From Candidatus Poribacteria bacterium (GTDB lineage: Bacteria; Poribacteria; WGA-4E; WGA-3G), in assembly GCA_965198235.1 (NCBI GenBank), contig OZ240248.1, positions 3,616,001 to 3,680,000 on the forward strand: a stretch of 64,000 bases of DNA, written 5' to 3'. Shown in pieces: positions 29,313 through 39,495 of the stretch. A program made the position numbers and the translations under genes. Each line of letters opens with the position of its first letter. Positions within the stretch are counted from its first letter, which is position 1. A model generated the notes under the pieces. The model searched no databases. It saw only the letters and a list, made by a program, of their open reading frames with translations, and had not been told where the DNA came from.

Positions 29313-30026
29313 GTGAATGAGGTCAAGTTTTATTGTAATTCAGATCATTATGATATGCTTCATCCTCCAAAATTTACTTACAGTTGGATAAGTTGGGTCC
29401 GAGATAGCGCACATCCAGTTGTGTCGGAAGCTGCTGCTTACTATAATACCAACGACAAATGTTTTTACAAAAAAGAATCGGGCAGCGAATCAGAATGGGA
29501 ACGCGCGGATTTCAAGGACATTTATGAAGATAATCCCAATCTTCTTACAAAAAATACGAATGTGCTGCAGGAAAAATATCAATCATTCCTATACAAGTAC
29601 AAGTCAATCCTACATAAAGAACAGTTATGCCGCTTTTCCGCTTATGTTATTAAGAGAACCGATACGAAGTTCCACTCTGTGCGTGGTCAAGAAGTTGAAA
29701 GACATCCTAATGACTACGACTATACTTGGATATATGATCCCGATTCTTTTTATGGAGAAAAATGGGATGCAGAATCTATTGATGGTTTAGTCAAAGAAAT
29801 ACTTCCTTCAAGAGAGTGCCTTGAGGAGTTGATTAAACGTCATGATGCTGCCGATGACGAATTGAACAGAAGAAAGTGGAAAGAGAGATGGGAACGAGTA
29901 AAATCGATTCCAAAGCATGTTGAGGATTTTATAGGGGAGTATCCACGATCGTTGTGGTTAATAATAACCTTGGGAACGTTTATCTTAGGAATAGTATCTT
30001 TCATAGCATCCCTTTTAAAAGATTAA
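29313..30026 (+). CDS. Hypothetical AT-rich protein with single C-terminal TM helix
   Basis: 237-aa ORF with hydrophobic C-terminus; no recognised motif; start uncertain. Confidence 0.55.
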   Translation: MNEVKFYCNSDHYDMLHPPKFTYSWISWVRDSAHPVVSEAAAYYNTNDKCFYKKESGSESEWERADFKDIYEDNPNLLTKNTNVLQEKYQSFLYKYKSILHKEQLCRFSAYVIKRTDTKFHSVRGQEVERHPNDYDYTWIYDPDSFYGEKWDAESIDGLVKEILPSRECLEELIKRHDAADDELNRRKWKERWERVKSIPKHVEDFIGEYPRSLWLIITLGTFILGIVSFIASLLKD

Positions 30027-30446
30027 ATTTCTTGTGAGTTTTTAATCCCCAAACGACTTATTGCGTTATTTATTACCACCCTAATTTTCAGGTAAAATAG
30101 CGCATTTTTTTCGCGTTTTTTTATTGACAAAAAATCAGGGAAAAAATGCTATAATAATAGAGAGAAAGTGGGGCGGGAAGCCACCCGCCCTACCAGAAAT
30201 AATCAACCGAGCTATCATACTGGAATCTTGTATAGGTGTTTTCATTTTAACGCCTTTCCTTTAGAAACGTCAAGCGAGGTCCCCCAACCTATGATGCTTG
30301 ACATTTTGTGAAAATCTCTCCACTGTTGACTATCCCGAATAACGCTAAAATCAGCACAAGACGATTCAGTTGAATAGTCCTGTTAGAGCAGTGTTACGTC
30401 CAAGGGAACCTTTTTTGAAGAGAGCGAAGTGCCTTTGCAACTAAGT

Positions 30447-30548
30447 TAGGACTTACGCAAATTGAACAGAAAAGGGCATATTTCGTTGTATTTAACCCCC
30501 TAAATCCCCCTTATCAGGGGGACTTTAAGAGAGAATACGTAAGTCCTA
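30447..30548. mobile_element. MITE family A copy (102 bp)
   Basis: TAGGACTTACGCA...TACGTAAGTCCTA, exact TAAGT duplication; near-identical inverted copy at 57131-57232. Confidence 0.9.
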
Positions 30549-30635
30549 TAAGTGTGAAAAATGGTTGCCAGTAAGGCGATGTGCCGTTTTCCTGAAAATC
30601 AGAACTGAATGCACTACATGACGGTGGAATTCCGC

Positions 30636-30664
30636 TTGACACAGAGGAGATATCTCAGTAAAAT
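30636..30664 (+). promoter_or_regulatory. Sigma70-type promoter
   Basis: TTGACA-17 nt-TAAAAT about 30 nt upstream of the CDS at 30697. Confidence 0.6.
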
Positions 30665-30696
30665 AGACACTAAACACGACTGTCAATTTTTAAGAG

Positions 30697-33111
30697 ATGC
30701 TCATAAAATTTACGATTCACAGGACATTTTCATATTGGTTGTGGTTCATCACATTCGGTGTATTGGCACTGGTGCTTGCCAATGTCCCGTTGTTTAACAT
30801 TCTTGCTTTTGAGTTTTGCGCCGTAATGGCACTTAGTATCTCTTTCGCAGGTGCGCACGTAACACTGACAGTGTTGCGGCAGATGAAACGACATCCCGAT
30901 GCTCTTACTGGTACGCCGGGACAGGTCGCCATGCGGTGTTTTTGGGAGGCACTGATATTTAACGCGGGTTTATGGGGACTACCGCTCGGTATCATTCTGC
31001 TGAATGCGTTTCGCGTTGAAAACTGTAACTTCGGTGAGGGGTTCCTCTTTTTTATTATTTTGTCCGTAATTAGTTGCGTGTACGCGACGGCAGCGGGCGT
31101 GTTTTTCGGGTTCTGGATTAAAAAACGGTGGTTGGCATATCTTGCATATCTTGGTCATCTTTTGGTTTCTTGTATACCGGTGATTATCAATCTAATATTT
31201 CATCCGCCGGTGTTTGCGTATCATGCGACATTCGGGTATTTCCCAGGACCGATTTACGATTTCGTCATTCCGATAACAAATACACTGCTGATCGCACGGG
31301 CGGAAACACTATTGTGGGCACTGCTGTTTTTGGGACTTACTGTTAGCATTTGTGAAGTGAGCAGAGGGACAGGGTTGATGCCGCAGTTGAGGTGGCGTAA
31401 ACTTTTCAATTCGCCGGCAAGACGTGTATGGTTATATCTGTTAGTCATCGGTTTACTCGGTTTCCAGTTGTATACAGGGGCATTGGGAATCCGACCGACG
31501 CGCGACGATATTGCACGCGAACTCGGAGGCTTGCGTGAAACGGCACATTTTGAAATCTTCTATGCCCGTGAATTGGAAGCGGAGATTGAACGGATCGCTG
31601 AAGATTGCGAATTTCAGTACGCCCAGTTGTCTGATTATCTCGATCCTGAAGGCACGATGCAATCTCGGAAGGTCCGCGCGTATATCTATGCGTCTCCTGA
31701 ACAGAAAAAGAGATTGATTGGCGCGCGCGGCACATCTGTCGAAGACCCGTTCGGACACGGGTTTCACATTCATGCGCAGGGCTTTCCACATCCCGTCCTG
31801 AAACATGAGTTGGCACATGTCTTTACTGTGCCGTGGTCCCCGTTGAAGGTGAGTCTGAAGATAGGACTTCACGAAGGGATTGCGGTTGCCGCAGATTGGG
31901 ATGAAGGCAAGCTTACAGGACATCAGTGGGCGAAAGCGATGCGTCAGATGGAGGTTGCGCCTCCCTTGTCAGGAGTCATGGGGATTGGATTTTGGGGACA
32001 TGCTGGTTCGCAGAGTTATCTGTTGGCAGGCTCCTTCGTCCGGTTTCTTGTTGATACCTACGGTATAGAAAAATTTAAGGGTGTTTTTCCGACCGGCAAT
32101 TTTGTGCAACACTACTCGAAGGATCTGCTTGCTTTGGAAGCCGAATGGATTAAATTTTTGGAAACCGTTCCATTGCGAGACGAGGATGTCGTCTACGCGA
32201 CATACCGTTTAAAGCGAGGAAGTGTTTTTGAACAGGTCTGTGCCCATGAAATGGCAGCATTACGAGATACCGCTTGGCAGGCATATTACCGCAAAGATTT
32301 TGCCACCGCTATGGAGACTTTTGAGACAATACTATCAGATGAACCGGACAATTTGAGCACACTGTGGGGTTTGATGTACACTGCATATCGAATGGAGGAT
32401 TATGATAAAGCATTATCGTTAGCGACCGATATTACCAACAAGGAAGACACGCGATTCAGCCCAGAAGCAATGCTATTGAAGGGTGACATTTATTGGCTGA
32501 AAGGTGAATATGAACACGCGATAAATGCATACGCAGCGGTCAAAACGGAGTATGAAACAATTAATCGAAGGCGAATCAAGCGGATTGCAGCACTCTCTTA
32601 TCCGGATGTAGTTCCAGTGGGGTGGGATACCCAGTTGAACGGGACAGTACGAGAAAATAGGTCTCTACGAGAATTACTCCGTGTGGTGTTAGTCGAGCCC
32701 AAAAATTCTGGGGAAAAGATGGCATATCTATCGATGTGTATGCAAACAGAACCTGATATGTGGTTGGCGTATCTCTTAGCGGGCGAATTGCTTCATGGAG
32801 AAGACGCGTGGCAAAGTAGTAATCAGTACCTGCGCCGGGCGGTAGCACGCTTGCAAGAGAAGGCACAGGCATCGGATAAGGGTTTCCCCGAGACACCATC
32901 GTTAGTGCAATTGACACCGCAACAACACCAAAATCTTGCGTTAGAGACATGGAGGACGATGGGCATCAATGCCTATCATCAGAGAGATTATGAGACTGCC
33001 CAAAATGCGTTCCGGTCAATAGCGGAGAACACAGCACTTCCGATGGGAGTCGTGCTTTCATCACGTGACTGGATGCAACGGTGTCAATGGGCACAAAGCC
33101 ACACACCTTGA
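30697..33111 (+). CDS. Multi-TM membrane protein with gluzincin-type (peptidase MA-like) domain and TPR region
   Basis: About seven TM helices, HELAH followed by LHEGIA, TPR-like C-terminus. Confidence 0.8.
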   Translation: MLIKFTIHRTFSYWLWFITFGVLALVLANVPLFNILAFEFCAVMALSISFAGAHVTLTVLRQMKRHPDALTGTPGQVAMRCFWEALIFNAGLWGLPLGIILLNAFRVENCNFGEGFLFFIILSVISCVYATAAGVFFGFWIKKRWLAYLAYLGHLLVSCIPVIINLIFHPPVFAYHATFGYFPGPIYDFVIPITNTLLIARAETLLWALLFLGLTVSICEVSRGTGLMPQLRWRKLFNSPARRVWLYLLVIGLLGFQLYTGALGIRPTRDDIARELGGLRETAHFEIFYARELEAEIERIAEDCEFQYAQLSDYLDPEGTMQSRKVRAYIYASPEQKKRLIGARGTSVEDPFGHGFHIHAQGFPHPVLKHELAHVFTVPWSPLKVSLKIGLHEGIAVAADWDEGKLTGHQWAKAMRQMEVAPPLSGVMGIGFWGHAGSQSYLLAGSFVRFLVDTYGIEKFKGVFPTGNFVQHYSKDLLALEAEWIKFLETVPLRDEDVVYATYRLKRGSVFEQVCAHEMAALRDTAWQAYYRKDFATAMETFETILSDEPDNLSTLWGLMYTAYRMEDYDKALSLATDITNKEDTRFSPEAMLLKGDIYWLKGEYEHAINAYAAVKTEYETINRRRIKRIAALSYPDVVPVGWDTQLNGTVRENRSLRELLRVVLVEPKNSGEKMAYLSMCMQTEPDMWLAYLLAGELLHGEDAWQSSNQYLRRAVARLQEKAQASDKGFPETPSLVQLTPQQHQNLALETWRTMGINAYHQRDYETAQNAFRSIAENTALPMGVVLSSRDWMQRCQWAQSHTP

Positions 33112-33301
33112 ACTTTGTTAACGTTTCTGTCTGCGTTATTGCGATACTTATTGATGAAAAACCGTGTTGACGGACGGATTAACTTCGTAATATAATATAA
33201 GTATGGCTTAGGCTATCGTACTGTTGCTGAAGCAATCCAATATCGATTTGAGTGAGTCTGCTGGTAAGCGGCTTTATTCTGTAAACTTATAAGGACTGAC
33301 T

Positions 33302-35221
33302 ATGAAACTTTTTGTGCCGGGAAGAATTTGCCTGTTCGGAGAACACAGCGATTGGGCAGGTGGACACCGGCGAAGTAACGCAGAGCTCGAAAGGGGCTAT
33401 ACGTTAATAACAAGCACAAACCAAGGTGTATACGCCGAGGTTAAACCGCATCCGAACCGTCTGATTTTGAAGACGACCCTCAGCGATGGGACACGCCACG
33501 GTCCCTATAGTTTGCCTATGGAGCGAAGTGCGCTTCTCGCCGAAGCTGAAAAAGGCGAATTTTTTAGTTATGCTGCCGGGGTCGCCTATGAAATTTTAAC
33601 GAACTACCGGGTGCAAGGATTAGAAATAGACAACTATCTCACTGATTTGCCTGTCAAAAAGGGGTTATCTTCGAGTGCCGCTATCAGTGTTCTCGTCGCG
33701 CGCGCCTTCAACCGTACCTATGATCTTAAATTGACAACGCGCGGAGAAATGGAGTACGCCTACCGGGGTGAGACGACAACGCCTTCACGTTGTGGACGAA
33801 TGGACCAAGGGTGTGCATACCAACGTCCTATCCTCATGACGTTCGATGGCGACCATATTGATGTCCGAGAATTCAGTGTGCCTCACGACATGTACCTTGT
33901 AATTGTTGATCTCGGTGCCAGTAAAGATACACGTCTTATATTGAGCCAATTAAATCACTGTTATCCATTTGCGGAGAACGAATTAGAAAAGAACGTGCAA
34001 CACTATCTCGGTCCGTTGAGTGCAGAGGTTACGCAACAAGCGTATCAGGCACTCCGCGATGGCGATGCAGAGGCAGTCGGTAAACTTATGACGCGAGCGC
34101 AAACAGAGTTCGACAATCATTTGATACCTGCATGTCCATCACAATTGACGGCACCTATTCTCCACGAAGTCCTGAATTATGAACCGATTCAACCGTATAT
34201 CTGGGGCGGTAAAGGTGTGGGTTCGCAAGGCGACGGTTCCGCGCAATTCATTGTAAAAGATGAGGAAAGCCAACAGCGGGTCATCGAGATTATCGAACGG
34301 GATTTGCAGATGTCGTGCCTGAAACTGGTTATTGAGGCGGGTAGGCATGTCCGCAAAGCAGTTATTCCTGCCGCTGGCTTCGGCACGCGACTATTTCCAG
34401 CGTCAAAGGCGATGAAGAAGGAACTCTTTCCTGTGATTGACAAGTCTGGACGCGCCAAACCAGCAATTATGGCAATCGTTGAGGAAGCGATCAACGCTGG
34501 CATTGAAGACGTCTGCCTTATCGTGCAGCCCGGAGATACGGAGCTTTTTGAGTCATTTTTCAAAACACCGCCGCGGATTGAACACTATAACAAACTCAGC
34601 AAGGAGAACAAGGCGTATTGCGACGCTCTGCTGGAATTAGGAAGTCGAGTGACATTCGTCACACAAGACGTTCAAGAGGGTTTCGGACATGCTGTCTATT
34701 GTGCGAGAGAATGGGTTGGGAACGAGCCGTTTCTGCTTATGCTCGGTGACCATCTCTACGGTTCAGATGAGGAGAAATGTTGTGCACGACAGGTCGTAGA
34801 GGCTTATGAGCAGGTAGGTCATAGTGTCGTCGGACTGAAAGTTACACCGATTGAGCAGTTATCGAACTTCGGTTGTGTTACCGGTACGTGGAGAGAGGAG
34901 AACTCCCTGCTTTCACTGACGGAGATTTATGAAAAGCCGGATCCTGAGTATGCAATGGAACATTTGCACGTAGATGGGATGGATATAGACCAGTTCTTGA
35001 CGGTGTTCGGCATCTATGTGCTTCAACCTCAGATTTTCGAGTTTCTGGAACGAAATATCACCCATAATCTCCGGGAGCGCGGCGAATTCCAACTTACGTC
35101 CTGTTTAGACGAATTACGGAAGGCAGATGGATTTTCAGGGTATGTTGTCAAAGGGAGACGGTTTGACATCGGTCTTCCTGAGGAGTATCGGCAAACGGTT
35201 ATTGAGTTCATGGGGGCTTAG
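33302..35221 (+). CDS. Fused GHMP sugar kinase / sugar-1-phosphate nucleotidyltransferase (GalK-like + GalU-like)
   Basis: PGRICLFGEHSD and PVKKGLSSSA (GHMP); KAVIPAAGFGTRLFP, GFGHAV, EKP and FDIG (GalU-like). Confidence 0.88.
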   Translation: MKLFVPGRICLFGEHSDWAGGHRRSNAELERGYTLITSTNQGVYAEVKPHPNRLILKTTLSDGTRHGPYSLPMERSALLAEAEKGEFFSYAAGVAYEILTNYRVQGLEIDNYLTDLPVKKGLSSSAAISVLVARAFNRTYDLKLTTRGEMEYAYRGETTTPSRCGRMDQGCAYQRPILMTFDGDHIDVREFSVPHDMYLVIVDLGASKDTRLILSQLNHCYPFAENELEKNVQHYLGPLSAEVTQQAYQALRDGDAEAVGKLMTRAQTEFDNHLIPACPSQLTAPILHEVLNYEPIQPYIWGGKGVGSQGDGSAQFIVKDEESQQRVIEIIERDLQMSCLKLVIEAGRHVRKAVIPAAGFGTRLFPASKAMKKELFPVIDKSGRAKPAIMAIVEEAINAGIEDVCLIVQPGDTELFESFFKTPPRIEHYNKLSKENKAYCDALLELGSRVTFVTQDVQEGFGHAVYCAREWVGNEPFLLMLGDHLYGSDEEKCCARQVVEAYEQVGHSVVGLKVTPIEQLSNFGCVTGTWREENSLLSLTEIYEKPDPEYAMEHLHVDGMDIDQFLTVFGIYVLQPQIFEFLERNITHNLRERGEFQLTSCLDELRKADGFSGYVVKGRRFDIGLPEEYRQTVIEFMGA

Positions 35222-35227
35222 GGAATG

Positions 35228-35416
35228 GTTGTCAGTTTGCCTGCTACGCAGACTTTCAGTTTTCAGTTGTTGGAAAGTTTTAAAGTGCCTAAAGTGTTCT
35301 AAAGTTTTAAAGTACCTAAAGTTGAGGAGAAACCTCTTTCAACTTCCCAACTTTCGCACACTTGCAAACTTCCTGACCATTGACGGAACCTTCTTGTAAC
35401 TGAGAACTGACAACTA
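35228..35416. repeat. Element with GTTGTCAGTT/AACTGACAAC ends and internal AAAGT/ACTT short repeats
   Basis: Nested inverted arrangement between two convergent genes. Confidence 0.55.
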
Positions 35417-38400
35417 TTAAGGAATTTTGACAGCAACGATTGTCATATCGTCGTATTGTTCTGCTTCGCCGACGAAGCTATGGACATCCTCAACGATGCT
35501 TTGAATTACTTCCGTTGCCGTGAAATTATCAGGAATTTTTGAAACGGAATCCTTTAAACGTTCCGTTCCATACATCTCTTCGTCTATATCGAGTGCCTCA
35601 ATCAGACCATCCGTATGAAAAATTAGGATATCACCCTCATTTAAATCGAAGGTGACGGACTCATACTGTACCTTTTTCATACTGCCAAGTGGGAGGTCAC
35701 TGCTTTCAATTTCAATGATCTCGGCACCTCGCTTGAGCACAGGATAGGGTTGTCCCCCATTGGCATAGTCAATCCGTTTTTTGCCTTCGTCAAGGACGGC
35801 AAGGTTGAGCGCGATGAAACTCGGTCCGTACATGCGTGGGGCTAACCCTGAATTGAGATCGGTGAGAATGACGTCCGCCTCCGATTTGAAACGCGAGACT
35901 TCGTATAACATCCCGTTCGTCAGCACGGCATTCATTGCGCCTCGTAACCCTTTTCCGGCAGCGTCTGCCACCGCGATGGCGGTCTGTCCATTCGCTACAG
36001 TGAGATAATCGTAGAAGTCGCCGCCGACCTGCGTTGCGGGTACCGACATCCCTGCGACATCAAACCCTTTCGTATCAGGTGCTTCGGTTGGCAGAAGTCC
36101 CATCTGAATATTCTGCGCTTCGCTCAACTCAGCACGGATACGCTGCATCTCCGCTTCTTCCCTTTGACGTACCTCGTTACGCAGTTGTAGGGTATGTCGT
36201 CGGTTTGCAACCAGACGCCCAATCAGAGTGAGGACGACGGTCATAAAGATGAGTGTCGGGAGATATGTCCGCCAACGCGTCCAGAGGGGTGGCGAAATAC
36301 TGAAATCCACTACTGCCGGGGTCTGCGTGTAGGGCCAGTCTTTACGAAATGCCTTGACGAGGAAACTGTAATTACCCGCTTTGAGTCCTGTATATCGGAT
36401 ACGCAGAATCCCGTTTTGGTTTTGAAGTTCTTGGACAATGCCACTGTCACGCATAGGTTGTTGCATTGTTGATCTGGATGCAGCGGAAGGTGTCCACTCG
36501 TCGGATGGAGCCCCAGAACCTGTTGCCAGAAGAGAGAATTCCTCTGCCGAAACATTCATCCATGCAGGGGTGTCCAGCCCGATTAATTTAAATCGATAAG
36601 AGAGCCCTTCTCGGAGTGGACTGATACCTTGGATATTTAAGATCTTGGTTCCGCGCGAGGGTAGCGTTAAACTGGATGAAAGGTCGGTGTAAGTTTTATC
36701 AGATTCAAGGGCGGTCAGTCGACATTCTGGCAGTCCGCCACGCGTTGGTGTATATTGCGTGACACCTCCTTCGGTTGTAAACCAAATGTCTTTATTAGAA
36801 GATTCATGAATTTTCGAGATGTTGTTATGGGCGAGGCCGTCTTTTGTTGTGAGGTTATAAAAGGTTTCACCGTCATATCGGACAGTGCCACCGCCCCATG
36901 TGGCGAACCATATATTTCCGCGGCTATCCTCCATCACATCTTTCACGTTGTCAACGAGAAATCCATCCTCTTTTGTTGTATAGATCCTGGCTTTTTTCCC
37001 ATCATAGCGAACCGCCCCGCGAGATGTTGCTAACCAGAGGACTCCCTCTTGAGTGGTTAGAGAGTCTTGTAGTTCAGCAAGCTCAATGTCCTCAAGAGAA
37101 ATGAGTGATGTGCCGTGATATGTCTTGAGAGCATCTGAGAAGAGGAAAGTTATTCGGTTATTTTGCTGCATAGGATTTTTCCAAACAGCAATGGGGACAG
37201 AACTCGACTCCCCGTCGAGCAGAAGCAGTCTACCGAGTTCAGTGTCGCTCCAAAGTATCAATTTTCCAGTTGCCGCGTTAAAGAACCATTTGCTTCCTGA
37301 TGCGGTTTTTAACAGCATTGTCGCTTTAAGTGGAAGGGTTTCAGGTTTACTAAGGCGAGTTATAGACGTTGTAGCGTTAATTTCTTTCGGATAGCGCAGG
37401 ACCCTTCCGTTATTGAAGTGCACCCATAATCTGTCGTTTGGATCTCTGTACAAGTCGGTAATAGCGGCTGTGCCGAACTCTATTGGGGTTATTGAAGTAG
37501 GGGTAATGTTCGGACCGATTTCTTGAAAGAGAATCCTCTGAAAGCCGGTGTCTGTAAGCCATAATAACCCTGTTGCGTCCGCTTTGAAGAAGTGTCCTCC
37601 GAAAGCCATCCAAGTATGTTCTCCTTCGCGAATGAGGACATTAGTACTGGTATCTGAGCGTTCCCCGCCAGGACCGATTATTGTTTGGATGGGAATAGAA
37701 ACTTGACTGAATTTTCCATTTGCGTACCGAAAGAACGTATATCGTAATCGCGTGGAGTTACCGCTTACCCCTGGTTCGTCAATAAACCAGACGTGCCCAC
37801 CAACTTCAAATATTTTTTCGATTTCAGTTCGAAGTAACCGAACGCGCTCCGTGCTTCTGGAGTCAGTTTGGAGGTCGGGCGATGGATCATTTTGAACTGA
37901 ACTTACTCTGAAAATATGTGTGGTAAGTTCTTCCGATTCTGCATCATAACGTGCAACACCTCCTGGCACACTAAACCAGAGGTAACCTCGACTGTCCTCA
38001 AATATCATCCGTACCCTATTCGTGCCGAGTCCAGCGTGTGTACTAATAGCGGGTGTGGGGTCAAATGCTGTTACTCCATTGTCGTGTCCAAACCACAATT
38101 TACCGTCTATGGCTTCAAAAATCGTATGAATCCCCTCAACTCCAAGTCCACTATTGATACTATCTGGCATTGGGGTGAGGTCGGTGGCGTACTGATGCGC
38201 TCCACTTTCGTTGGTAAACCATAGATTTCCCCATGCATCCTCAAGTTCGAGAAACCCTGATAGGTTTCCGTGCCGAGAGCCGTCCCACCATCTTGTAGTC
38301 CGTCCATCGCTGAACCAGATTCGATCTTTCGTATCATTCCGAATTGATGCCAGCCTCTGAATTGATGCAGGCCTACTTCCCATGGATCCGCTGTATCCCC

Positions 38401-39292
38401 AAGCTAAAGGGAGGATTTGCTCAAATGCTTTCCCATCAAAACGTAAGAGAAGATTATAGCCACCGAACCAAAGGTCTCCAGAGGTGTCTTCACCTATTGT
38501 TTCAATTGCACTCACAGCGTTAAGGTTCGACAGGTCATAACGTGTGAATCCAACGTTTGGATGAATCCGCGGTGTTCCATCGTCCATTTTGTCACTTGTG
38601 TCATCACTATCCTCGATTTTTAAGGGGTCCTGTGCCCAACGATTTTCTCGAAAACTGAGTATGACACCGTGCTGCTGTTCTTCTCCATCGCTTCCGCCGA
38701 TCCAAATCGTTCCGTCTTCACTTTCAAAGATAACATTTATTGTCAAATCCGTTGAGCGGAGCATATCTTCACTTATAATTTCGTTTGGGTGTGCTTGTGG
38801 CAGGCGTTGGACTCCTGGGGGGATGTACTTCGTTAGTTGCTGGTTTTCACCGACCCATATATCGCCATGCTCGTCAACGATCAACGAATTACCTGTGCCG
38901 ATAAGATTAATCGAAGAACCATCAAACCAGCTTACCCGCCCTGAGTTTTCTGAACGAAAGTGCGTAAGAAACCAGATATGTCCCCATTTATCTTCAACGA
39001 TTTGTCGGGTCTGTCCGAGTAGAGCGCCTGGTCCTACGTTGGATGTGGGCGCGTTCTCAGAAGTGTCGAGAGATCCAATGTAGGATTCAAAACTGTTCCC
39101 ATCAAATCGACTCACTCCGCTCCGATCAGAACCAAACCACAGGGCACCCCGACTGTCCTGAAAAATGACAGGGACAACGGGACCTATCAATCCATCAGCA
39201 ACGGTGTAGGTATGGATCTGCTCAGACTCCGTCTCAACACAAACAAGGAGCGTAAAAAAGACTATACTGAAGATTAAAATGGAGTTTTTCAT
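35417..39292 (-). CDS. Periplasmic beta-propeller (Reg_prop) + Y_Y_Y sensor fused to SpoIIE/PP2C phosphatase
   Basis: Signal peptide, repeated EDSRGxxWF blades, Y_Y_Y-like segment, TM helix, VGGDFYD, ADAAGKG, HTDGL and DDMTI motifs. Confidence 0.9.
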   Translation of the reverse strand: MKNSILIFSIVFFTLLVCVETESEQIHTYTVADGLIGPVVPVIFQDSRGALWFGSDRSGVSRFDGNSFESYIGSLDTSENAPTSNVGPGALLGQTRQIVEDKWGHIWFLTHFRSENSGRVSWFDGSSINLIGTGNSLIVDEHGDIWVGENQQLTKYIPPGVQRLPQAHPNEIISEDMLRSTDLTINVIFESEDGTIWIGGSDGEEQQHGVILSFRENRWAQDPLKIEDSDDTSDKMDDGTPRIHPNVGFTRYDLSNLNAVSAIETIGEDTSGDLWFGGYNLLLRFDGKAFEQILPLAWGYSGSMGSRPASIQRLASIRNDTKDRIWFSDGRTTRWWDGSRHGNLSGFLELEDAWGNLWFTNESGAHQYATDLTPMPDSINSGLGVEGIHTIFEAIDGKLWFGHDNGVTAFDPTPAISTHAGLGTNRVRMIFEDSRGYLWFSVPGGVARYDAESEELTTHIFRVSSVQNDPSPDLQTDSRSTERVRLLRTEIEKIFEVGGHVWFIDEPGVSGNSTRLRYTFFRYANGKFSQVSIPIQTIIGPGGERSDTSTNVLIREGEHTWMAFGGHFFKADATGLLWLTDTGFQRILFQEIGPNITPTSITPIEFGTAAITDLYRDPNDRLWVHFNNGRVLRYPKEINATTSITRLSKPETLPLKATMLLKTASGSKWFFNAATGKLILWSDTELGRLLLLDGESSSVPIAVWKNPMQQNNRITFLFSDALKTYHGTSLISLEDIELAELQDSLTTQEGVLWLATSRGAVRYDGKKARIYTTKEDGFLVDNVKDVMEDSRGNIWFATWGGGTVRYDGETFYNLTTKDGLAHNNISKIHESSNKDIWFTTEGGVTQYTPTRGGLPECRLTALESDKTYTDLSSSLTLPSRGTKILNIQGISPLREGLSYRFKLIGLDTPAWMNVSAEEFSLLATGSGAPSDEWTPSAASRSTMQQPMRDSGIVQELQNQNGILRIRYTGLKAGNYSFLVKAFRKDWPYTQTPAVVDFSISPPLWTRWRTYLPTLIFMTVVLTLIGRLVANRRHTLQLRNEVRQREEAEMQRIRAELSEAQNIQMGLLPTEAPDTKGFDVAGMSVPATQVGGDFYDYLTVANGQTAIAVADAAGKGLRGAMNAVLTNGMLYEVSRFKSEADVILTDLNSGLAPRMYGPSFIALNLAVLDEGKKRIDYANGGQPYPVLKRGAEIIEIESSDLPLGSMKKVQYESVTFDLNEGDILIFHTDGLIEALDIDEEMYGTERLKDSVSKIPDNFTATEVIQSIVEDVHSFVGEAEQYDDMTIVAVKIP

Positions 39293-39360
39293 TTTTTAAT
39301 TTATGGGCTTCTGGTCTGCTGCGTCCGTTGTCCTTGCAGGTTTTTGGTTAATTCTGGACT
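39293..39360. repeat. TTAA-ended intergenic element (family D), partial
   Basis: TTAATTTATGGGCTTCTGG end and GGTTTTTGGTTAATT core shared with 40666-40760. Confidence 0.55.
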
Positions 39361-39495
39361 GGGTTTGGGAACGCGTGCGGCCTTGCAGAATGAAGAGTGA
39401 TGCAAGCCTGCATTCTCACTGCGAAGCAGGCGCAGGCGGTTCTTCAGCGAAGACCGGTATGCATCCAATCACTGGATTTAACGCTTTGCGAATTA

